Shown here: piece by piece, positions 25,646 to 34,885 of the stretch
Layout of the letters: each line of letters opens with the position of its first letter
How positions within the stretch are numbered: position 1 is the first letter of the stretch
Assembly: GCA_963514005.1 (NCBI GenBank)
Contig: OY740795.1
Location: 4,960,001 to 5,024,000 of the forward strand
Reading direction: 5' to 3'
Length of the DNA: 64,000 nt
Source of the DNA: Raja brachyura
Lineage: Eukaryota
Notes under the pieces: model-generated
What the model was told of the DNA's origin: nothing
Seen by the model: the letters and a program-made list of their open reading frames with translations, nothing else
Database searches by the model: none
Program-made: the position numbers and the translations under genes

Positions 25646-25713
25646 TGTTTTTGTTATGGCTTGAGCTGCTGTGTATGGTACTCCACACATCATTTCACAT
25701 GAGCACAAAAACT
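25646..25713 (-). other. IgNAR: D2 segment (25674-25685, TGGAGTACCATA) with 12-RSS on both sides
   Basis: V-side CACATCA-12-ACAAAAACT (25686-25713); J-side CACAGCA-12-ACAAAAACA (25646-25673). Frames WSTI / GVP / EYH. Confidence 0.88.
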
Positions 25714-26036
25714 CCACTGTTGAAAATGGTGCTTAAACTCCTCCAGATATTCCACATTTTGTATCGAATGTTGCAGCGGAAGCGGTTGTTTCGTTGTTTT
25801 GACAACTTAGTATCCAGTAGATCATTATAACTCTTACCCACTCAAGGTATTTTGGTAAATATCAACGTTCTGTTTTGAATACGACGGTAGCATTTATATA
25901 ACGATCACGAAGTATACGGAGATAAAACTCTGATATGTCGAGCAGTTCTTGGCAAAATCAATGGGTATTTGGCAATTGCGGTTTCAATTGCTGAAGAAAT
26001 GTTTCGTATTCATTTTGCATTAAGAAGTTCTGGGGC

Positions 26037-26116
26037 GCTTTATGTATTACGGGAATTGAAGATTCGTCACTGTGTCCCGTATGCTGTACACAGTGGTAAA
26101 GCCCAGCACAATAATA
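26037..26116 (-). other. IgNAR: D1 segment (26075-26088, TACAGCATACGGGA) with 5' 12-RSS and 3' 22-RSS
   Basis: Two consensus heptamers (26089-26095 and 26068-26074). V-side: 12-nt spacer, nonamer ACAATAATA. J-side: 22-nt spacer, nonamer ACATAAAGC. Frames YSIR / TAYG / QHTG. Confidence 0.93.
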
Positions 26117-26305
26117 GACCCACCTGCGCAACTCGTTAAACAACGACACTGCACATCCAACTCTCCCGACTTCGGCATGTCCCGCATATCACCACTCATT
26201 GCCAATCTGCCATCGTCCTACACAGGATTCAGCAGCTACTTTGGTAATTTTATGTTCAATTAAAGTGAAGCGACTCGTGATTTCTTCAGAGAAAGAGAAG
26301 CACAG

Positions 26306-26343
26306 TATTTTTGTATTGCATCAGCTACAGGTTAACTACAGTG
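26306..26343 (-). other. V 3' recombination signal (22-bp spacer)
   Basis: Heptamer CACTGTA (26337-26343), 22-nt spacer, nonamer ACAAAAATA (26306-26314), abutting the V coding end. Confidence 0.92.
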
Positions 26344-26606
26344 TCTTCTGCAGGTGTACGTGGCCGTGTCTTCAACGACCAGATTCCTGATCTGCAGGGA
26401 AAATGATTTTTGTCGGCTGTTGACTGTTTCAACGTATCGTCCTCCAATCGTTAGGCTCTCCCTCGATTGACCCGGTTTTTGCCGGAACCAATATGTGCTA
26501 CCAAGCGCGTAGCTGCTATCACGTAAAGCGCAATTGATGGTCAGAGTTTCGCCGGATTCTTTTGTTGCCGACCTCGGTGTTTGTTCAACATATTCACTGT
26601 AGGCAT
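26344..26606 (-). CDS. IgNAR: IgNAR V segment (VNAR), germline; only the two canonical Cys
   Basis: ttcag acceptor; (N)[87 protein letters not shown]. Has the VNAR hallmarks: [18 protein letters not shown], and no CDR2. Confidence 0.97.
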
Positions 26607-26741
26607 CTGAAGAGGGAAACACCATATTTAATACATTGCTTATTTGAAATAATGTGAGATTCAACACATAATGACAGTCGCACAAGGTGGACGTACTGCA
26701 CAATTTCAATTAATAATATTTTAAAATCAAACTGCACTCAC

Positions 26742-26784
26742 TCGATAACCAGGCCAAAAGTATTGAAACACAAAAAATATTCAT
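26742..26784 (-). CDS. IgNAR: IgNAR leader exon, MNIFCVSILLAWLS + 1 nt
   Basis: 43-nt exon from ATG to a phase-1 GTGAGT donor. Resembles the MNIFLLSVLLAWLP-type IgNAR leader. Too short to appear in the ORF track. Confidence 0.93.
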
Positions 26785-26876
26785 GTTTTTTTCACGATAA
26801 AACAATGGTTAAGCAGAGAGGGTACTGGACCTCAGCGTCCACTGTCTGTGTAACAATGCGGCTCTCAACGAAGACC

Positions 26877-26883
26877 TTATAAA
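26877..26883 (-). promoter_or_regulatory. TATA-like element (TTTATAA) of the IgNAR V promoter
   Basis: Lies between the octamer and the ATG, at typical Ig-promoter spacing. Confidence 0.6.
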
Positions 26884-26901
26884 CCTCAAGAGTCCGAGCT
26901 C

Positions 26902-26909
26902 ATTTGCAT
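26902..26909 (-). promoter_or_regulatory. Ig promoter octamer ATGCAAAT (heavy-chain orientation)
   Basis: Perfect ATGCAAAT on the sense (-) strand, ~118 bp upstream of the leader ATG and ~19 bp upstream of a TATA-like element. Confidence 0.85.
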
Positions 26910-27049
26910 AAAGGCGTTGTGAAACTGCACTGACTGCAAATACATTTCGGGTGATAGCAAAACATACGTCCACCTTTTCTAGCTATCTATTCGCTGGAAT
27001 CTGCAGTGTATTGACGTGAATATGTTGGCAGAGATATAGAAAATGTTCT

Positions 27050-27356
27050 TAGAAACATAGAAACATAGAAAATAGGTGCAGGAGTAGGCCATTCGGCCCT
27101 TCGAGCCTGCACCGCCATTCAATGTGATCATGGCTGATCATCCAACTCAGTATCCCGTACCTGCCTTCTCTCCATACCCCCTGATCCCTTTAGCCACAAG
27201 TGCCACATCTAACGCCCTCTTAAATATAGCCAATGAACTGGCCTCAACTACCTTCTGTGGCAGATAATTCCAGAGACTCACCACTCTCTGTGTAAAGAAT
27301 GTTTTCCTCATTTCGGTCCTAAAGGAATTCCCCCTTATCCTTAGGCTGTGACCCAA
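27050..27356 (-). mobile_element. Young CR1 3' end just upstream of the IgNAR promoter
   Basis: (TTTCTATG)n tail; ~97% identical by eye to the corresponding part of 53931-54402. Confidence 0.9.
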
Positions 27357-28559
27357 GAGAGTTCTTGCACTCTCTTGGTTTAAATTTCTGGTGATTTTTA
27401 GCATACCGAAATAACAAACGTAGCCAAGGCTAACAATCCGATTCAGATAACAAGTCGTTTGAGTTTGAGTTACACATCATTGCGAAATTAAATAAGATTT
27501 GATAGAGAACAAAAAAATAGTAGCACTAAAATTGAGCTCTTCGCTCCATATTAATCCTTCTCTCGAGAGCCCATTTTCGAAGGGCCTTGATGATTTCTTG
27601 TTTTGGGGACTTTGCTAGATTCATTCGAATATCGAATTCCCGAAATTAGTTTACACAGTCGATAAAGCGACGGTGTGGGGAATTTAGATACACTACGGCG
27701 CACAAAAAGCAAATGGATGAATAGGTATATGAATGCGGAAGAATATCAGAGGTGGATAAATTAATTAAGGTCGACCAAGATGGCTGCTGAGGAAGTGTCC
27801 AATCGAATAATTGTGCCAGTCTCATTAATTGAAAATGGTTTCCAAGGAAATTTGAAAGCGCTGCTCTCACTGTCCTCGACATTACTCAGAGAAAATATAA
27901 GAAGTCGCTACCCGGGCGTTCCCAATCTTCAACGTGAACCAATGATTTGCCAAAAATGCTGTCGCATAGGCACATCGATAGAAATTATAGGATGGCGTTT
28001 TTTTTTACTGTACTGAGAAGTGTCTAAATGAAAAGATGCAAAGCTGAATAGCAATTGCAAAGGATTTCTGCACAGGCAGAAATTATATATTAATTTCCAC
28101 CACTAACATGCATTTATATTAAATACCACCATTCCAATGCTCACCTTTATCATGCATATTGATATTATCCATATCGACGAATTGAATAAGAATATACAAG
28201 GCCACTATGAGAGAGTTTGGCGACTAAATTGAAGTAGATGACATCGTTGGAAGTGAAAATGGTTGTCATGGATTGCCGCAAGATTTTGATCAGCGGGGCA
28301 TGAGTACAGTGGAATGGTCCATAGAGTTTTGTTCTGATATTGTGACGTGTTGCATGTTGGCAAATAGTGTCAGGGCACGACCTTCCCAGTGAACGGTAGG
28401 ATCGTTTAAGTTAATGTTTATGTAGCTGTGTGTCTTGTTGCTTTTTTTTGGTATGGGTGTATGGTAATTCGAACTTCACTGTACCTTAATTGGTACATGA
28501 CAATAAACTGACCTTGAAACCTTGAAATCTTGAAATCTTGAAACGGAATTACTGTTCAG

Positions 28560-29990
28560 ATTCATGATCATACCTCGACTCCATCCAATCCCCCCTGGTA
28601 AAATCCCTCCCTACCTATGTCCAAGACACCTCACACGATCTTTGTCTCCTTCATGACTTCCGTTTTCCAGGCTCCAACTCCCTCACTTTCACCATGGATG
28701 TCCAGTCACTCTGCACCCCAATCCCCCACCTGGAGGGTCTTAAAGCCTTCCGTTTTTTCTTCGACCGCAGAACCAACAAATCCCCGTCTACAAATACTCT
28801 CCTCCGCCTAGCAGAGCTGGTCCTGACGTAGCTATGGGCACGCGCATGGGTACCAGCTATGCCTGCCTCTTTATAGGGTACGTCGAACAATCCTTGTTCG
28901 AGGCGGAACGTGGCCCTATCCCCGAACCTTTACCTCTGCGACTTTGACAAGTGCATTGGTGTTACCTCCTGCACCCATGCAGAACTCACTGACTTCATCC
29001 ATTTCACCACTAACATCCATCCACCACTAACATACATCAATTCACTCGGACCATTTCCGACATCTCCCTGCCGTATTTAGACCTCACTATCTCATCACAG
29101 GAACAGACTACTGACCGACATCTACTATAAACCCACTGACCCCCATGGCTATCTGGACTAAATTTCCCAGCCTGCTTCCTGTATGAACTCTATCCCCTAC
29201 TCCCAATTCCTAGTCTACGCCGATCAGGCTCCCACCAGGATCTCCTCTATATTCGTAGCTCCGCTCTCACTCCCTTTCCCCCCACTCGCAGCAAAGCCAC
29301 ATCTTCCCATCTCCTCCCCTTCCGGGTTTCCGAAGAGAGCACTCCCTCCGTAACACGCTGGTCAATTCGTCCCTTCCCACCCAATCCACCCCCTCAGCTG
29401 GTACTTTCCCTTGCAACCGCAGGAAATGCTACACTTTTTGTTTTACCTCCCCCCTTGACTTCATCCAAGGACTCTAGCAGTCTTTCCATGCGAGACAGAG
29501 GTTCACCTACACCTCCTCCAACCTCATCAATTGCATCCGCTGCTCTAGGTGTCAGCTGCTCTACATCGGTGTGACCAAGCTTGGGCTGGGCGATCGCTTC
29601 GCCCAACACCTCCGCTCGGTTCGCACTAAACAATCTGATTTCCCGGTTGCCCAGCGCTTCAACTCCCCCTCCCATTCCGAAACTATTTTTCTGGCCTGTG
29701 TGTCCTCCATGGCCAGAGTGAGTCCCACCGCAAATTGGAGGAGCAGCACCTCATATTTCGCTTCTAGCGGTATGAACATTGACTTCTCCAATTTCAGGTA
29801 GTCCTTGCTTCCTCCCTCCTTCCCCTCCCCTTCCCAGCTCTCTCGCAGCCTACTGTCTGCGCCTCTTCCTTTCTTCCCCCCCCCCCCCGTCACCATCCTG
29901 AAGACGTGTTTGGACCCGAAACGTCACCTATTCCTTCGCTCCATAGAAGCTGTCTCACCCGCTGAGTTTCTCCAGCATTTTTGTCTAGCG
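28560..29990 (+). mobile_element. Degenerate Penelope-like retroelement (RT + GIY-YIG remnants, terminal repeat)
   Basis: AMGTRMG..SYACLFIG RT motif; SSNLINCIRCSRCQLLYIG.TK..LGDRFAQHLRSV...PVAQRFNSPSHS GIY-YIG region; ends with the CTGAAGA...CCCGAAACGTC repeat. Frameshifted. Confidence 0.85.
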
Positions 29991-31461
29991 ATGATCTGTT
30001 GAAAATCAGAATGGAACCTTAGCCTTCCACATCTATTCTTTGCATTTCGAATTTCTAACATCGCCAACATATTCTGGTTCTTATGATATTTGGGATACTT
30101 TCAAGTTGGCACGCTGAGTCGAAGGTTGGAAATAATACGGTGTATAAAATATTATTCCCGAACTAGATATCAGGACTGAACTATTACAGTTGAAATGAAT
30201 AAAGAAAAGTGAAGAAATAGGATGTGAGTACAACACAACGCCCGCAAAAGTGTGTGGATATGTTGGAAACATGCAGTGATTGGCAAAGAATGATGACAGA
30301 AGTGTAATGTTAAGAAATGTAGTTTCATGGGAAGAAAAGTGAAGCAACATTTCATTGCGCTCGACTGTGTGCATTTGTTGAACAAACACAGACTGTAAAC
30401 ACGCGGTTGCAACAAATAAGAAAGTCAAAAATAAATTTGGCCTGCACTGTAAAAATATATGCGATAGTGAAGGAAATTTCACAGAACTTTGGTGTGATCA
30501 TGCCTGCAGGACAGTTAAGTATTCTTTTTTTTTTTAACACATAATCCACTGGCCTTCATTACGCGAGGACTTGAGTATAGGAGCAAAGAGTTCCTTCTGC
30601 AGTTGTACAGGGCCCTGATAAGACCACACCTGAAGTATTGTGTGCAGGTTTGCCCTCCTAATATGATGAAGGACAACCTTACTATTGAGTGACGGCAGCG
30701 TACGTTCACGGGGTTAATTCCAGGCGTGGCGGGACTGTCATATGATGAAAGAATGGAGCGACTGGGTTTGTATTCACCGGAATTTAGGAGGATGAAATGG
30801 GATCTTATATTAAGGAATTGGGCACGTTCGATGCAGGAAACGTGTTGCCGATGTTGGGGGAGTCCACAATCAGGGGCTACAGTTTAAGAATAATGGATAG
30901 GCCATATAGAACTGAGGTGAGGAAAAACCTTTTCACAGATAGTCGTGAACTTGTGGAATTAGCTGCCTCAGAAGTGTGGAGGTCGGTTCACTGGATGCAT
31001 TCAAAATAGAGTTAGATAGAGCTCTTCGGGCAAGCGGAATCAAGGAGTATGGGAAGAAGGCAGGAACTGTTTGTGGATGATCAGTCATGATCACATTGAA
31101 TGGGAGTGTTGGCTGGGAAAGGGATGGGAAAGGGCCGAATGGCCTACTCCTGCACTACTGTCGATGTATCTACCTATCTATGATCTTACAGTTGTGTATA
31201 CAATCAGAAGCGGTATAAAATCAGAAGCGGTGAACGCACGGTGGCCTTTACCCACTGTTGGGGAATGAACAATAAAAGGACCCGAAACGTCACCTATCCA
31301 GTCGGTTTCATTCAGTAGGTTTAACGTGAGAGGCCAACGATTTCATAAGAACCTGAGAAGTATCTTTTTCCAGACAGATGGTGGTGGATATATAGATCGG
31401 GCTGCCAGATAAGGTAGTTGGAGCAGGTAGTATAACAACATTCAAAATACATTTGGGCAGG

Positions 31462-31633
31462 CAGTGCTGGACTTACCTATCAGCTAAATAAGCTATAGCT
31501 TAAGGCCACACACGCTCGGGTGCCTCTTTTTTTGAAATATATTTTAATTTTATCATTTTTACCCGAATTTCTTTAGAGAAGGGCCTCAAATTTCAGACAG
31601 CTTCGGGCCTCAGCAGGTGAAAGTCCGGCCCTG
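31462..31633 (+). mobile_element. hAT-type MITE, copy 2, inserted in a CR1 3' fragment
   Basis: Highly similar to 1661-1833; perfect 8-bp TSD TGGGCAGG (31454-31461 and 31634-31641). Confidence 0.88.
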
Positions 31634-32004
31634 TGGGCAGGTGCATGGATAAGGAAGCGTTGGAGCGATATGGGCCAAACACTGGAAGGCAGAACTAGGT
31701 AAGATGGGGCACCTCGATCAGCATGGAGAATTCGGGCAAAAGGTCGTAGTTCTGAGCTCTGTAACATCATGCCGCATGCGAGAGCAAACCGGCAGCCGGT
31801 AGAGCTGGCATTCAATGATTATGAACACCAGGCTAGAATGTGAAATTGATGCCAATGATCAGATAGCCACCATGTTGAATAGCAGAACTTGTTCGAGGGA
31901 CGTAATGGATTGCATCTGCTCTTTATCTTCTCATGCTCGCATGGTCTGTGTACTTGTGTTTGTAGATAACAGATCTCCATGTTATGGGACCCTTTTCCAT
32001 ATTA

Positions 32005-34070
32005 TTCCATATTATTCCAAGAAAGATTCCAAGGGGAGAAAGGGACAATCATGGCTGACAAGGGAGGTCAGGGACAGTATAAAAATTAAAACGAAGAAGT
32101 ACAACGTACAAAGTACAACGCTCTCCTTGAGCGGGAAGCAAGAGGATTGGGTAATGTTTAAAGAACAACAGAAGAGAACCAAAAATACAATACGGGAAGA
32201 AAAGATGCGGTACGACGGTAAGATAGCCAAGAATATAAAGCAGGATAATAAAAACTTCTTAAGATATGTGAAGAGATAAAACATATTTAAGACCAAAGTT
32301 GGTTCCTTGAAGACCGAAAAAGATGAATTTATTATGGGGAACAAGGAAATGGCAGATGGGTTGAACAGGTACATTGGATCTGTCTTCACTAAGGAGGACA
32401 CAAACAATCTTCCTGATATAGTAGTGGCCAGAGGATCTGGGGTGACGGAGGAACAGAAGGAAATCCATATTAGGCAGGAAATGGTGTTCGATGGATTGAT
32501 GGGACTGAAGGCTGATAAATCCCCAGGGCCTGATGATGTGCATTCCAGGGTACGTAAGGAAGTGGCTCTGAAAATCGTGGATGCATTGGTGATAATTTTC
32601 CAATGTTCTATGGACTCAGGATTAGTTCCTGTGGATTGGAGGGTAGCTGATGCTATCCCACTTTTTAAGTAAGGCGGGAGAGAGAAAACAGGTAATTATG
32701 GACCAGTTAGCCGGACCGATGGTGGGGAAGATGCTGGAGCCAATTATAAAAGATGAGATAACCGAACATTTGCATAGCAGTAATAGTATCTTTCCGAATC
32801 AGTATGGATTTACGAAGGGGAAATCATGCTTGACTAATCGTCTGGAATTTTTTGAAGATTTAACTGGGAAAATGGGAGAACCAGTGGATGTAGTGTACCT
32901 GGACTTTTAGAAAGCATTTGATAAGGTCCTACATAGGAGATTAGTGGGCAAAATTAGGGCACATGGTATTGGGGGTAGAGTGCTGATATGGATAGAGAAG
33001 TGGTTGGCAACAGGAAACAAAGAGTAGGGATCAACGGGTCCCTTTCAGTGGGGTCCCGCAAGGCTCGGTGCTGGGACCGCAGCTATTTACAATATACATC
33101 AATGATTTGGATGAAGGGATTCAAAGTAACATTAGCAAATTTGCAGATGACACAAAGCTGGGTGACAGTGTGAACTGTGAGGAGGATGCTATGAGAATGC
33201 TGGATGACTTGGACAGGTTGGGGGAGTGTGCAGATGCATGGCAGATTAAGTTTAATGCGGATAAATGTGAGGTTATCCACTTTGGTAGCAAAAACAGGAA
33301 GGCAGATTACTATCTAAATGGCGTCAAGTTGGGAAAAGGGGACGTACAACGGGATCTGGGGGTCTTTGTACATCAGTCTATGAAAATACGCATGCAGGTA
33401 CAGCAGGCAGTGAAGAAAGAGAATGGCATGTTCGCCTTTATAACAAGAGGAATCGAATATAGGAGCAAATAGCTCCTTCTGCAGTTGTACAGAGCCCCAG
33501 TGAGACCACACCTGGAGTATTGTGTGCAGTTTTAGTCCCCTAATTTGAGGAAGGCCATTCTTGCTATTGAGGGAGTGCAGCGTACGTTTACACGGTAAAT
33601 TCCCGGGACTGTCATATGCTGAAAGAATGGAGCAGCTGGGCCTGTACACTCTGGAGTTTAGGAGGATGAGAGGGTATCTCATTGAAACACATAAGATTGT
33701 TCAGGGTTTGGGCACGCTAGAGGCAGGAAACATGTTCCCGATGTTGGGGCAGTCGAGAACCAGGGGCCACAGTTTAAGAATAAGGAGTAAGCCATTTAGA
33801 ACGGACACTAGGAAACACTTTTTCTCACAGAGAGTGGTGAGTCTGTGGAATTCTCTGCCTCAGAGGGCAGTGGAGGCAGGTTCTCTGGATGCTTTCAAGA
33901 GAGAGCAGGATGGGGCTCTTAAAAATAGCGGAGTCAGGGGATATGGGGAGAAGGCAGGAACGGGGTACTGATTGGGGATGATCAGCCATGATCACATTGA
34001 ACGGCGGTACTGGCTCGAAGAGCCGAATGGCCTACTCCTGAACCTATTGTCTATTGTCTCTTGTCTATTA
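32005..34070 (+). mobile_element. CR1-clade LINE, 5'-truncated, degenerate RT
   Basis: ORF pieces [63 protein letters not shown]; (ATTGTCT)n tail. Confidence 0.92.
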
Positions 34071-34594
34071 TGAAATAGTTTACACAGTTTCCTCCACGTC
34101 GTGCCACTCACTCTTTGTGCAAAATGTATAATTTATTTGCGCGTCCCCCATCTGTCTCCGAAGCTATTCACTCACATCCTACTCTTTACGACATTCACGA
34201 CCTACGTTTGACGTGACTGGCATTCGGCAACCTGCCTGTAGTGAATGGACCCTAGAATCAGGATTCGGAGATCGTGGTATGTGATCACGCCATGCTTATT
34301 TTGCGCATCTTTCAATGTGGTGGAGTGTACAAGAATATACTGCACCATGTGTTGGTCTGCAGTTCTACAGCTAATGCCAGCTCTTCCTACTTGTAAGCAT
34401 CCTATAGTAAAAACAGTGATCTCACGTCTATCAAGTTATTCCCTGCACAGTAATAACCGGGACGAGTTCAAGCTATTCTCCTCCACACCTTTTCTTTTTC
34501 GGTGCAATAAACACGTTGCCAAGAGTTGACATGGGATGGAAGTCGCCATTCATAAACATAAATCTCGAAATCTCAGTAGTTAATCAGCAAGACG

Positions 34595-34885
34595 TAGTTT
34601 AGTTGAGAGATACAGCGCGCAAATGGGCCCTTCGGCCCACCGAGTCCGCACCGACAAGCGATTCCCGCACATTAACACTATCTATGTACACTAGGGACAA
34701 TTTTACATTGTTACAACTGCAATGTGAGCGAGTGAACCGAAAAAAAAACTAGGAGAAAACCCAAGCAGGTCACGGGCAGAATGTACAATCCCCGTATAGA
34801 CAAGCACCCGTAGTCAGGATCGAAACCGGGACCCGGGGCTTTGGCGCTGTAAGGTAGCAACTCTACCGCTGAGCCACCGTGCCGC
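34595..34885 (-). mobile_element. tRNA-derived SINE (HE1/V-SINE-like)
   Basis: Minus strand begins GGCACGGTGGCTCAGCGGTAGAG...GGTTTCGATCC; same family as 21640-21935. Confidence 0.8.

Noticed and set aside
25714-26036. A third D segment
   Set aside because: No paired heptamers with 12/22-23 spacers and nonamers here or in the neighbouring intervals; lone CAC motifs (e.g. 26221, 26301) lack nonamers.
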